A DNA stretch of 61,080 nt, the filler included, from Fonticula-like sp. SCN 57-25 (taxonomy: Eukaryota): the NCBI GenBank assembly GCA_001724245.1. It is 7 parts of 7 records of this genome, joined end to end, with 100 filler letters (N's around TTAATTAATTAA, not from the genome) between each part and the next. Parts side by side here need not be neighbours in the genome. Positions count along the whole stretch, not along the records: positions 33,457 to 41,797 come from MEDX01000402.1; positions 41,898 to 48,919 come from MEDX01000403.1; 5 more parts are not named here. One strand, given 5' to 3'. A program made the position numbers and the translations under genes. The notes under the pieces are model-generated. The model ran no database searches. It was given only the letters and a program-made list of their open reading frames with translations, and was not told the DNA's origin. Shown piece by piece: positions 33,789 to 45,523 of this stretch. Position 1 is the stretch's first letter. Each line of letters opens with the position of its first letter.

Positions 33789-34169
33789 ATGTCAAATGTG
33801 TGCGTCGTGTGCAAGGAGGAGATCGTTGCGAGCCAGTTTGTGAGCGTCCCCGGCGGCGGGATCCACACCGAGTGCTTCTACTGCCCCGTATGCAAGAAGA
33901 ACCTGGCCAACGAGAAGGGCTACTTGCCGTTCAAGGGCAACTTTTTGTGCAATGTCCGGTGCCGCGCCGCGGCTATGCGTGACCCCGATGTGCTGCTGCA
34001 GAACACGCTCCACTGGAAAGTCACGCAGGACGCCAAGGGCGGATGGGAGAGGCAGGACGGCAAGGAGGCCGAGCCCGTCGGCGACGACGCTGGCAACCGC
34101 TCGGACCCCACTATGCAGCCGAAGCTAGCGGAGGAGGCCGCCAACATTGCCGCTTCAAAATCAAACTAG
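33789..34169 (+). CDS. Small single-LIM-domain protein
   Basis: CVVC..HTECFYCPVC..FLC zinc-ligand spacing. A probable in-frame intron after LCN brings a His close as the last ligand. Confidence 0.75.
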   Translation: MSNVCVVCKEEIVASQFVSVPGGGIHTECFYCPVCKKNLANEKGYLPFKGNFLCNVRCRAAAMRDPDVLLQNTLHWKVTQDAKGGWERQDGKEAEPVGDDAGNRSDPTMQPKLAEEAANIAASKSN

Positions 34170-34293
34170 CAACCTTCTTTTGTGTCATTGTCTATTGTGA
34201 ACTTGTATGTTACAACTCAAAAATCCATTGCATCATTCCTTAATAATACTTTTTAAATGGAGCATAAAGAGCCTTCTCTCCTGATCCTCGCTC

Positions 34294-35226
34294 CTAGCCG
34301 TCTATTGTGGCCGGAGCCCGCACCGCCGGCTGTCCCCCGGCGTTGTACTCTTCCACCTGCCTAATGTTCATATTTATCCGATTTATCCTGACGTAGTCGT
34401 TGATGCGGCTGTCGGGCGCGTCAGGGTTGTCCCAGAGCTCCTGCGGCGTCGTTCCGGCAAAGATCTTTGGCACGCCGTGGTAGGCGAGCCGCGCCTTCCC
34501 ACGCATGACAACGCAGTCGCCCGATCTGAGAAGAAGCGCGGCCGGCTCCACGTCGCGCGTTAGGCCTCCCACCAGGAACACGGCCGCGTTCCCAAGACTA
34601 AACGACAGGAGTGGCGCCACGTGGTCTCGCTCGCTGTAGTCGACGTGACCGCTCAGTGTGTCTTTCGGACCGTAAAAGTTGATGATTGCGGCTTCGGCGG
34701 CGTAGGTGTCGTGCCCAAGCGCGCGCGCAAAGCGGACGCAGAGGTCAGCGAGGTCGTCGGGGAACGGCTCTTCGTCGCCGGGCGTGTACGCGTGCGCCGT
34801 CCAGTCGTAGTGGTACCCTAGCGTCGTCCACCGAAGACGACGCATCAGATCTGCATACGTCGCGGAAGGACGACCAGGCTTCGGAACAGCCTCAACGTCT
34901 TTTTGCGACAGCGCCCACAAACTAGAGTCGCCCCGCATAGGAAGAACGTACTCGGCATGAAGGTTTGAGCGGCTTCCCGAGTACCGCGTGAGGCATGCCG
35001 CTGTCCACGCACGCTGCTCTTGCATCGAGAGAGCATCCGGGATCAGCACGACGCCTGGAAATGCAACCAGCTCATACGCCACGAGGTCAAGGCCGATCAG
35101 CGGCAAGGGAGTCGCAACGGAGGGGTCAAGTGGCCCACGCCGCGGATCAAGAAGCGATGGCGGGGCAGACTCGAGCGATACACCTCGGTACAGACGTTCC
35201 GCCGCCCGGAACGCCGTGCCCGCCAT
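34294..35226 (-). CDS. ALKBH1: AlkB-family Fe/2OG dioxygenase ALKBH1
   Basis: LRWTTLGYHYDW, AEAAIINFY, SGHVDYSE, LRSGD, YHGVPKI, RINMNIRQV. Confidence 0.95.
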   Translation of the reverse strand: MAGTAFRAAERLYRGVSLESAPPSLLDPRRGPLDPSVATPLPLIGLDLVAYELVAFPGVVLIPDALSMQEQRAWTAACLTRYSGSRSNLHAEYVLPMRGDSSLWALSQKDVEAVPKPGRPSATYADLMRRLRWTTLGYHYDWTAHAYTPGDEEPFPDDLADLCVRFARALGHDTYAAEAAIINFYGPKDTLSGHVDYSERDHVAPLLSFSLGNAAVFLVGGLTRDVEPAALLLRSGDCVVMRGKARLAYHGVPKIFAGTTPQELWDNPDAPDSRINDYVRINRINMNIRQVEEYNAGGQPAVRAPATIDG

Positions 35227-35532
35227 GATGACACGCAAACTGCAAACTGAAATCGGATGTCTGCAAACCACAGAAGTGACACTGTCACACTTGCTTCTGC
35301 CATGCTGTAGAACGAGTTGTAAAGCACATTAAATAACTCCCTTTTAGCGTGTGGTTGATAGACAGTGACCTTTTTGGCCAAATGCATTTTGCGGTCTGGT
35401 CGGACAATACTCTCAAGCAAGCATGTGATAAATATCCATTTGTAACATAATAAATGAGCTTGATGCGAATATACAGGATTCAATGACAAAACAGACTGGA
35501 ACAACAAAAAAAAACGAGCAATCAGCGCGCCG

Positions 35533-36765
35533 TTATATCGACAGGTCGTATGAGCTTTGAATCGGTTGCAGCTCAATGCCTGTCTGACTCGGCGCTGTCA
35601 CTGGCGTCTGAGCTGTCACCGGCGACTGTGCGGTCACCGGCGTCTGCGCGCTCGTGTCGGCCTGCTCGCTCTCTTCCTGCTCTACCGCCGCGGGCAGAAC
35701 CGGCGGCCCGGGCTCTAAGGGCGTGTGGAGGTACGAGAGCGTCGAGGCGACCCCCATCGTCGGCGGCATCGGCTCGGTGGGCGTGTGGAGGTACGACGGG
35801 TCCGCCACGAGGTCCGACTGCGGAAGCTCGGCCAGCGAGAACGGCGGAGGGGGCACGGTGTCGATGGCAAGCACGGTGTGCCCCGTGGGCATTGGCGGCG
35901 GCGGGGGCAGCGGCTGCTCGCGCTCGCGCTGCCGGCGGACGCGCAGCGGCCGCGTGTCCAGTAACGCCTGCGTGTACCCGGGCAGCTGGTCTTCCAGGCG
36001 CTCACCTTCCAGCTTGACGACGCCAGCCTTGGCCACCCGCCGCGCAACGCAGATCTCGTCAGAGAACGAGTTGCTCAGCCTATGCAGGACAACCAGCGCT
36101 CCGCAGCTCATCGCAATAGACACGATCGCAAGGAAGAAGGCAAGTTCAAAGGAAATGCAGGCAAAGACAATGGAAATCACGGACAGGACTATCGCCGTGC
36201 GCATGCGCCCCTTGACGAGGGCGGAGCGCTTGGCGAACAGAGGATCGATGATGACCGCCCACTCGCGATGGGTCAGCGGGAACGTCGACGACCACGCCAG
36301 CTGGCCGTTCAGCGCAACAAACTTGGACAGCTTGTACATAAACACAAAATGCACAATGCAGTACAAGATCGCGCCCAGGGCTGACAAGAGACCGATGCCG
36401 GCAAACACGCACAGGGCAATAAACGCCTGGAGGCCAATGTTGTCCACCCAAGGGGTCTGAACGCACTGATCGCCCGAGTTGCAGGTCGACGAAGTGCAGC
36501 ACGTGCCCGACGGGCAGGCACCGCCATTCGGGCAGCAATCATACGACGACGGGGAGGACGACCCAGTGCCGTGGCAGCCGTCGGGGCAGCAAAGGGAAGA
36601 TGATGCAGAGAGGCTGCAGCAACCAGTGACGGGGCAGCACGACAAGGAGCCAGCAGAACAGGTAACCGTCGAATTGGAGCTATTAATATGACATTGGCTC
36701 ACGCTCGCCGACGCTAGCACGGCAAGGTGAACCAGCACCACCACAAAGAGCGCGCGCCTGGCCAT
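35533..36765 (-). CDS. Signal peptide + Cys-rich ectodomain + about 3 TM helices + Pro-rich repeat tail; unknown membrane protein
   Basis: Intronless ORF; 16 Cys including five CC doublets in about 80 aa; hydrophobic segments; tail repeats SYLHTPxEP x2 and AQ(T/S)PVT x3. Confidence 0.7.
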   Translation of the reverse strand: MARRALFVVVLVHLAVLASASVSQCHINSSNSTVTCSAGSLSCCPVTGCCSLSASSSLCCPDGCHGTGSSSPSSYDCCPNGGACPSGTCCTSSTCNSGDQCVQTPWVDNIGLQAFIALCVFAGIGLLSALGAILYCIVHFVFMYKLSKFVALNGQLAWSSTFPLTHREWAVIIDPLFAKRSALVKGRMRTAIVLSVISIVFACISFELAFFLAIVSIAMSCGALVVLHRLSNSFSDEICVARRVAKAGVVKLEGERLEDQLPGYTQALLDTRPLRVRRQREREQPLPPPPPMPTGHTVLAIDTVPPPPFSLAELPQSDLVADPSYLHTPTEPMPPTMGVASTLSYLHTPLEPGPPVLPAAVEQEESEQADTSAQTPVTAQSPVTAQTPVTAPSQTGIELQPIQSSYDLSI

Positions 36766-36905
36766 GTTGACCACAGTAGATCGGCACTGGATCGGCAGCA
36801 CGCTTCCAAGCGTTTCAACGAACTTGAGCGACCAATCAGAGCGGCCAGACTCCACCCCAGATCAAGTAGTTTGCAGTTTGCCTGTTCAGCCCACGGTGGT
36901 GGAAA

Positions 36906-37423
36906 ATGTCGATGCTGCAGGCGGCCTTTGGTCGCGTGGTCAGCTCGCTGCGGCCTTCCCCGTCACGTACGCCGCCGCTCTTTAGTTGTATTTGTTGCAG
37001 TGCTTTTTATCTTTTGTTTTCGTTTTTTATTTGTCTTTTTTGGTTCCGTTGTTACCATTTTCGACACTTTTTTTTCTGACATTATGCGCCTCAGTTCTTT
37101 TCATGAATGAGTCTCGGCGATGGGCCACGAAGAAGGCCGGAGGTTCGACAAAGAACGGGCGCGACTCTCCCGGCCAGCGCCTTGGCGTCAAAAAGTTTGG
37201 CGGCGAGGAGGTGATTCCCGGAAATATCATCATTCGCCAGCGCGGCACGCGGTACCATCCCGGCGAGAACGTCGGGCTCGGGAGGGACCACACCATTTTC
37301 GCCAAGGTGCACGGGCATGTGCAATTTGCCTTTAACGAGAGACGCCAGCGCTACTTTATCAATGTTGTGCCAAAGACGATCGCTCGCGAGGACGTTGTGT
37401 TCGCCGCGCCGCCTGCCTTTTAG
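36906..37423 (+). CDS. MRPL27: Mitochondrial ribosomal protein bL27m
   Basis: Presequence exon [12 protein letters not shown], then [44 protein letters not shown]. Confidence 0.95.
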
Positions 37424-37795
37424 CTTACAATTATTCTCTTTTGTAATTAAATACTAGAATCAATTCGAAAAACTGCAAGAATATGCCCCATAGCAAATGG
37501 TCTTTTGCGCTCCACCTCAAACCCGGTCTTTCAGAGAGCAAGCATAAAGTTTCAATCAAAATTACTCTTTTTATGTGATGGTGAATGCAGGCGCGTCTGC
37601 CCCTCGGGCAAAGCGCTACAAAGAATCAAGCATGATTGTCGAGGATACCGCAAAAAGTAAAACAAAGGCGCAGTCGCTCTCCTATATATACATGTCCCGC
37701 CCCCTAGTTCTCGACCATTCTCATGTCTTTTCCCTCCTCTTGAGTCGTCCTCTTTTCCTGCTGATGATAGAATACAAGTACTGCTTTCCGCGGCC

Positions 37796-40154
37796 TCACT
37801 GCGACCCGGCGACAGCCGCCTGGGGGACGATGGCCATTGGCTCCTCCTCGCCCGCCGAACCGGCCGCGTCCGTGACGCTGTCGACGATCATTGCGTCGTC
37901 GTCGTCTGCCTGCCCCGCGCCGCTGCTGTTGCTGGCGGTCCCCCTCTCGCCGCCGCTCTCCTCCCGCTCGACGCCGTCGGGCGAAAGGTCGCCTGGCGAC
38001 TCTGCTTTCCGCTTTGTCCGCTGGCTCGGTGGGTGTTGGCCGGCCATCGGCGGGAGCGGCGGCAGACCCGCTGCCGCTGCCGCCGCCGCGGTCATGGCCG
38101 CCTGGTGCTGCGGCGGGACGCTCTTTGGCACCGTCGCGGCTCCGGCCGTTCCCGCCGCGGCCGCCTTGGCGCCGACGACGCGCCGCTGCAGCATCGTCTT
38201 GAGCGGCATTGCGCTGAGCTTGAACTGCTGCGTGCGCTGGTGCGCGAGAACGGCGGCAGCAACGTCGTTCGAACCGGCGAGGCCAGTGGTGTTGGCCTGG
38301 GCGCCGCTCTGCGCTGCCGAGCCGCTGCCCGACTGCTCCATGGCGGCGTCGGCGCTGCCGCGGATGAGCTCCGCGCCGACCTTGCTGATATCCCTGAGGT
38401 TGATCATGTCCTTGTTGTCGCGCAGGAAGGCGGGCGACGCGAGCGGGAGGTTGAGGTCCTGCTTGTTGCGGAGCCACGAGTGCGAGAGCACCTGGTTGAT
38501 CGTGTAGCGGAGGCGCGCGTCGACCTGCAGGCACTTTGTGATCAGGTCCTTGGCCTCCTCGCTGACCGTCGCGCCGGCCTCATTACCCTTGGGGAACGAA
38601 TAGCGGCCGTGGCGGATCTTGTCCTTGATCGACATCATGTTGCCGTTGCGGTCGTCCTCGTCGTTGTAGAACGGGAAGCGACCAAACAGTACGATAAAGA
38701 TCAGGCAGCCAAGCGCCCACACGTCGACAGCCATCGTGTACTCGGGGCTGCGCTCAAACATCTCGGGAGCCATGTACTCTTTCGTGCCGCACGGCGTCAC
38801 AGCGACGCCGTTCGTCAGCAGGCGCGCGAGGCCAAAGTCGCCAATCTTGACAGTGTCGTCGTCGCGGCTCAAAAACATCAAATTCTCAATCTTGATATCG
38901 CGGTGCGCGACGCCGCGGCTGTGCATGTACGAGATGCCGCCTGCAGTAGGCGATAAGCAAGAGAAAAAAAAAAGAAAAAAAAGGCGTACGTGCTACTTGC
39001 AAGATGATGCGACGGCCGTCCTCTTCGGTAAAGAATGACTACGCACACATGTCAGTTTTCGTTCGCGCCCCATTTCGCGCGCGCACCTTTTCCGAGATCC
39101 TGTCAAAGAGATCGCCTCCCTTCATGAGTTCCATGACGAGGACAAAGTACTGCGGCGTGACAATGTACTCGTGGAGCGCGACAATATTCTTGTCGTCGAG
39201 CATTCCGAGGATGCGCGCCTCTGTCTGGACATTCTCGACCTGCCTCTGGGAGAGCTTTGCGCGCTCGACAACCTTGATTGCGTACTGGATCTTTGTGTTG
39301 ACGTCGACGCCGCAGTACACGCGTCCAAAATACCCGCTGTTGATCTCGCGGAGCAACCGGTAGCGCTCAACGCCCGGCAGCACATTCACCTGAAGGCGGC
39401 TCGTGAGCGACATGATGGTCGTCGGGGGGCCGGGAAGCGGCGGTCCTTCGGGCCAAAACTCGACCGGCGGCGACGGTGCAGGCGACGGCCGGCGGGCAGA
39501 TGCGACCCGGGTGACTGACGCGGTGACGAGAAGCGGCGGCGACGACGCAGCGGAAAGCAGGTAGCGGCCCTGCTCCGAGTCGACGCAGCGGACGTTCAAG
39601 TGTGGGTGGCGCGCGCGCGGCTCGGCAGAAACCGATACAAGAACGGGATCCTGCTGCTGCTGGTCGCGGGGGACGGCTACCCAGTAGGGGCCGTGCTGCG
39701 TATCAATGCAGCGGAGGCCGAGGCTGCGGGCTCCTGGCGACGGCTGCTGCTGCTGAAGGTACGACGAGTATGAGCAATCAATGTCACACACACCATAACT
39801 TCTCACAATCCCTTCCCCATCCCCTTCTTCCTCTTCCTTCTCGCCGTCGGCACAAAACGACCCATACATGGTGGCCGCGCTGCCCTTCCTCCCACCCGCG
39901 TCCGTGCCGACCGGGCGCTTCTCCGGCCGGCACCCCTCCTCGCCAATCACAACAAGCTCAAATGAAAGCGAGTCAAGCGAGAAGGAGGGCGGAGTGCACG
40001 TGGACGCCAAAGACGACGGCGGCCGCGATGCGGCCCCGGCGCGGCCAAACAAGCCGTCGTCGGGACCCGCGGAGCCATCGCTCGACGTCCCACGCGCACT
40101 CGCCGCAGACGCACCACCTCGGTGGGGGCGAGGGCAGCAGATCGACCCAAACAT
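37796..40154 (-). CDS. CAMK-group Ser/Thr kinase (Rck2/Srk1/CaMK1-like) with long N- and C-terminal extensions
   Basis: SGYFGRV, YAIK, MELMKGGDLFDRI, HRDIKIEN, DFG, TPCGT.EYMAPE, DVWALG; two introns around 38940-39090. Start uncertain. Confidence 0.9.
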
Positions 40155-41797
40155 CACACGATCCTCTCAGCACCTCGGCAAATCAAGCACAAGGGCCGAT
40201 CGGCATGCGCACACGCCAACCAGCGGCGGCGGCAGCCACAGACAAAATCGCAGCTGCGGCGGCCAGCAACAGCGGCGCGCACGGTAAACACACGAAGCAG
40301 GCGTCACACGCACACACAGAGAGAGAGCGGAAACAACACACTAGCCCCTTGACGAAACAACCAACCGATCCCCTGACGCATGCGCATCCCTCCCCGCCAT
40401 CGATGCGTCCCACAGTCACAGGGGAAACACATGCACAAACAATGCGAAAAGAGCGCGAAAAAACAGCCGACGGCGCATTGCCCACACGATCCCCTGGTGG
40501 CACGATCCCCTTCGACCCCCCCCCCCCCCCCCCCCCCCCCAACCACNCCCCCCTGCAGGCACGTACTTGGAACGGGTCAAAGACGCCGATCGACGCCGCG
40601 GATCTCGCAGAGGATGCCGCAGACGAGACAGCAGAGAGATAGATGCGCGGCGGGGAAGCGGGCCTAGCTTCGCACAAGGTGTCTGCTTGCAAAGCTGACA
40701 GAGCCATGGCGTTTCACGATGGTCAACGCCCGCAATCAAGGCAATGGGAGAAAAAAGTCTGATGGGAGAGAGAGAACAAGACAAGCAGAGCAGGAATTAA
40801 AGCACTCCTGAAATACAGCGCACAGCCACACACACACACAGTAAACAAAGACGGTCACGAAAGGAACTTTTCGAGCGGCGAGATCGTGCGCAACGACGGT
40901 CGTCACGGGAAATATTCCGGGAGCAAAGTGAGGGGGCATGGGACGACAAATATGCACGCTATGACTCGTTACAGCCCAAAGTTGCGGAATAGCAACTTCT
41001 TAATTCTTAACACAGAGCGATTTGCACGGAAACGGGCGAGCAAGGGCGGCAGTCAACTTTCACCTGATTCCTTGCAACACCGCACTCCCGCGGCAGACAA
41101 AATACGACACAAGCAGGGGACACGAATAATGGTGCGCAACAAATTTCCACAAGAGGAAAGCTTAACTACGACCCACGCCCACTTTTGAAGCTAAAGAACG
41201 AAAAGATCTAGTACCTTTTACCTCCCTGCCGAGAAAAGTCGCCGGATGCGCAGCGCAGTTGCTGCTTACCAAGAGCGCGCCAGTCAAGAACCAGGGTGCA
41301 CACCACCGTTCCACTCGATTAGTTGTAAAATTCTGGAGGGGTGGTTGTTTTTGTCCCCCCGCATCAAGTGATTAAAAATAAAACGTGACAAGCAGACACA
41401 AACATGGTTACGCAACGATGTGTGGCGGTGAAAGAAGAGCTCCAAGTCTTGTTCTCTGCATTGCTTCTAAATTTTACATGTAATTTCAATGGCTAGAGCC
41501 ACTGTTGCAACTGAAAATTGTCAATTTGGAGGCAGCGGAACGGAGAGCCGTGCGTTTTAGCGAAACAACGCAAAGCAGCAAAGACTATAGCATGCAGCGG
41601 ACTCTGTGTGCTCGCCTCTAAGCGCGTCGAGTTGACTGGCTGGTATTTGGCCATTTGCGGTTTCTCTGGGGACACACTATAAAAGGCATTGCTGCATATG
41701 GGGAGGCCTCAAGTTAAAATGCGGAACAATCCAATCGATCCTCATTTTGCCAGAGCCAATAAATCAAAAATTGCAAACTGCCGTGCAAAATCCCAGT

Positions 41798-41897
41798 NNN
41801 NNNNNNNNNNNNNNNNNNNNNNNNNNNNNNNNNNNNNNNNNTTAATTAATTAANNNNNNNNNNNNNNNNNNNNNNNNNNNNNNNNNNNNNNNNNNNN
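41798..41897. other. Artificial contig linker
   Basis: N-run with central TTAATTAATTAA. Confidence 0.98.
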
Positions 41898-43090
41898 GTG
41901 TCCACGTACCTTGTCCTTTTCTGCCTGCGCCTCGAGTGCCTCTACCTGCGCCGTCAGCTGTGCAATGCGCTGCTGCGTCCGCTTCTCGAGATTAGCGACG
42001 CTCACCTGATTCTCGACGGTGATCTGACCGACGGCGGCCTCCAGGTTGGCGTTGATGGCCTCTGTCTCGCGCAGCTTTTGTGTCGCCGCGTCGAGGTCGC
42101 GCATGAGCTGCTCCGGGTCAATGTCGAGCTTGTTGATTGGCCGGTTGGAAAGCTCCTCGACGTGGCGCGCCGCCATGTCGGCCATGGCGCCCTCGAGCTC
42201 CTTGATGCGCGCGTCCTGGCGGAGCAGGTCGTCTGCCGTCTGCTCGCCCTGCTGCACCAGGTGGCTGCGAAGGCGCGCGAGCTCGCTGTTGCGCTTCTCG
42301 GCCTCGGCAGCCAGCTTGGCGTTCTCGGCGGTTGCTTCGAGAAGCTGCTGGCGAACAGCAGCAAACTCGGCTTGGACGGTCGCGAGCGTCGCGTGAGCAA
42401 CGGCAAGCTCCTCGCCGCGCTCCTCGAGCGCCTGGGCAGCGGCAGGGTCGGCGGCGGGTGGGGGGGCCGTCGCGTGCTGGCCATGCGCGGCCTCTAAACG
42501 CTGCAGAATTTCACTCTTTTCTTCCGCCATCCGCAGCATCAGCGACTCGAGATTGCTTACTTCTCCAGCGAGACGCGCGCGATCTGCCATGCAGGGTTAA
42601 AAACTAAAGAAGCCGCAGAGAACAGCGCACCTTGCTCCAGCGCGGCAATCTTTGCAGAGTCGTCTGACTGCGGCTCGTTTAAGGCGCGTAGCGTTGCACG
42701 CGCAAGCGCCTTTAGCTGATCCTGGGTGCCCGCGGCCCCTTGAACCGTCGACAGAGCGGCGGCATCTCCCCCGCAGTCAGTCAGCGCCTTTGACAGTACT
42801 TCTTGAAGTGTCAACACCGGCGGCGTTACCGTCGGTGCCGGCTTGCTCTTCAGCTGCTGCACAAGCGCTTGCAGCTCCTCCTGGTGCGCACTGTCGAGCT
42901 CCTCGAGGGTCGCACGAAGTCGCTGCACCTCCTCACGAAGCGCCTCTTCTTCCTTGATGTCATCGTTCGAATCCAGCAGCGCTTCGGAGGCCTTTCGTAG
43001 CTCAACCGTCCCTGCCGATATTTGTGTCGATATCTGCGTAGCAATGCTACCCAGCGGCTCCCTGAGCTGCTGAGTTAGCCACTGCTCCAT
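41898..43090 (-). CDS. Coiled-coil golgin, GMAP-210/Rud3/GC3-like; 3' truncated
   Basis: Amphipathic N-terminus MEQWL..LGSIATQIS; ELARLRSHL and NLEAAVGQ recall GMAP-210 ELERLRNHL and NLQMVLEHF. A GRAB domain is not reached within the contig. Confidence 0.6.
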
Positions 43091-43197
43091 CGCTCCTGCC
43101 GCCGCTGTAACGCCCGACGCTGCAGGAGAGATTGCGGGTCAGTTTGCAGGTCAGTTTGCAGTTTGCACTCGGCGGCAGCGTCAGCGCGCCAAGAGAC

Positions 43198-44267
43198 ATG
43201 GAGGGGGCGGACAGAGGCGGCAAGCGGGCCGAGCAGGGCAGGAAAGGTACGCGTGGCGGTGTGGGTCATGCTAAAGGCTTACTCAATGTTTGCACAGCCA
43301 AGAGCAAGCAATCTGGTCGTTCAACAGAGGAGCCCCGCGAGCAGCAGGAGCAACTGCAGGATCAGATCCCATTGACAGTAAAAGAGCTGTACGGACCCTG
43401 CCGCGCGTGTCTCGAGGTAGCTCACCGCATACTGTCTATAGCCACATATCATATAACTGGTGGGTGCTAGTCGTGCACATTTGGATACTGTACTACTTGC
43501 TATCATCACTGACCGTCTTGAGCGATCTGACGGTTCGGACATTTGCGCACTACGTGTGGGTGCTCGTCGCCGCTACCATGCTATTATTCGTCGCAGCGAG
43601 GTGGTTTCCTGATCTAGAAATTGCTCTAATTAGACATGTCGTTGTGCCATTACAAGGGTTGTTATGGGTGCTATTTTGGACCGTACGCCGCGCCCCCCCC
43701 CCTGTGCGTTTCGAGTATCTAAAACCCCGACTTAGGCCCTTCTTGGCACCTCGCCAAATGACCTGTATGCACAGGGCGGCGACGTTTTCATTCCCTTTAC
43801 GAAACTGGGGACATTTACATCTATTGTATATCCATTAATCTTTCTTAATCTCTTCACGTTTTTACGGCGCAATCTGTTCTGCATCGTCATAAGGGACTTT
43901 GACATTACCATGTCCACTGCTTCCCACTACATGTGGCACATTTCCAACTCATTAACGTACGCCTTTTCATTGGTATTACGTGATCATAATCTTATTTTTG
44001 CACCGCAGAACGCTCGCGTTTGTCATTGCGTGGGACTGGCTCGTCCGGCCAGAGTACCCCTGCCAAGGCTGCATCGACATGTTCCAGCCACCAAGTACTT
44101 TCCTTATTCTTTTCATTGCGACAGTTCACAATTTCCTATTCTCAATGCTTTTGCTTGCCGGCGGCATTGGCCTCGTCATGCCTGTGTACTGGGAGACATT
44201 GCTGCAAAACGGCATGGGCGTGTGGGTCCTGCCGGATTCGCAGCCGATGGTGTACGTTTTTTCGTAA
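43198..44267 (+). CDS. Hypothetical multi-pass membrane protein, multi-exon
   Basis: Several hydrophobic exons separated by short GT-AG introns. 3' end uncertain; family not recognised. Confidence 0.5.
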
Positions 44268-44318
44268 GGGGTCGTGTAAGAATAATAATAATGCTTTGAG
44301 CAGTACAGTGTTAAATTT

Positions 44319-45523
44319 TCATATTTGTTCATCATTTATCGGAAGACACGGGCAGTCTAGCTGCTCAAAGCAGTCTGGATACCAGCGGGCAACTTTTGAT
44401 CTAAGATATCGAAAGGTGAGCGCGCTGCAAAGCGAAAAGGAAAAAGAGACGCACCAGCGTTGGTTTCCCATTGATGCAAAAGCGCAGTAAAATCTCCAAG
44501 CAATTTCCTGAAGAAAAGTTAGATATAGATCGTGCATGATCGGCGATGCATACTCTGTGGCTTCCGGCGATTCCTTGATCTTCATGATGAGCCGCGACGT
44601 CCACTGCGGGAGGTCGTCGGTGGTCGGCGACAAAATGGTACTACATTTGTCATGAGGACAGGCAAAACAAAACCCTTACTGCGTACTTGTTGGGCAGCTT
44701 GTAGAGCTCGACGGCCTGGGTCAACGAGTCGAGCGTGCCGGCATTCACGTACGCGCGGATAAGAAGCGACAGAGCAAATGGCGTCGGCTCGTATCCGTAA
44801 TCATTCAAAAGCGCATACGATTTCGTGGCTGTTCGAAGGGATTAGCACGCGCGGATGCCTCGCGATCGATGCACGCACCCTTCTCGGCGGCCTCTGGCTT
44901 TGTGGCGGCCTCGATGGCGAAGCGGAAGAGCAGCAAGTGCAGTGTGTGCCTCGAGGGGAAGAGCGCATATGTGGGGCGGTTAGCAAAAAACATGAGCGCA
45001 GAGTCGGCGGCGTTGGCGCGGAAGCACGCCTTGACGACATGCGTCGCGGTCGACTCCCGCGTGGGCGTGTGCTTGTTGCGGTAGCTAGCAAATCCAACGA
45101 TTAATAAGCGCACAATTAGGCGCACAGATAAAGGCGTACAGCTTGAGCGCGTCAGATAGCAAGCGGGTGTGTGCCTCCTCGTTGACCGAGGCGCAGAGGC
45201 TGTGCAGCATTGAGATCGGCGGGGTCTTTCCCTTGCCGGCCCTCTGCTGGATCTCGTGGAACAGCTGCCCAACGGGGACAGTGCCCGAGGCGGGATCCGA
45301 CTTGACAGGCTTGGCCGGCGGGGGCGTCTGCTTCTTTTCGGGCGCGCCTTCTACGTGCCAAAAGGCAGGGCTAAATTGGCGAGATCCGGCCACCGGGACC
45401 GTCACATGCAGCGAGCGGGTCGCCGACTGCGAGGCCGGCGATACTGCCAGTCGCCGCGCAAACGAGCTGAAAGTAGCAACAGAGCAGAGGCAAGAGAAAG
45501 AGAAACACGCATGAGTACACCAT
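44319..45523 (-). CDS. Putative mitochondrial helical-repeat (PPR/mS27-like) protein
   Basis: Arg/Ser-rich presequence SFARRLAVS..RSLH; helical segments TATHVVKACFRANAADSALMFF..YALFP; several introns. Confidence 0.45.

Noticed and set aside
37575-38956. Long antisense and alternate-frame ORFs (also over FEN1, PP1, golgin and the Cys-rich gene)
   Set aside because: Expected shadow ORFs of GC-rich coding sequence, with no protein motifs.
40516-40552. 25-nt poly-C tract as a G-quadruplex or poly-Pro/Gly coding signal
   Set aside because: A simple homopolymer beside an ambiguous base in non-coding DNA; its length is unreliable and there is no supporting context.
44319-44490. Overlapping 3' ends of two convergent genes
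   Set aside because: Depends on an uncertain last intron of the plus-strand gene, which may simply stop at 44267.
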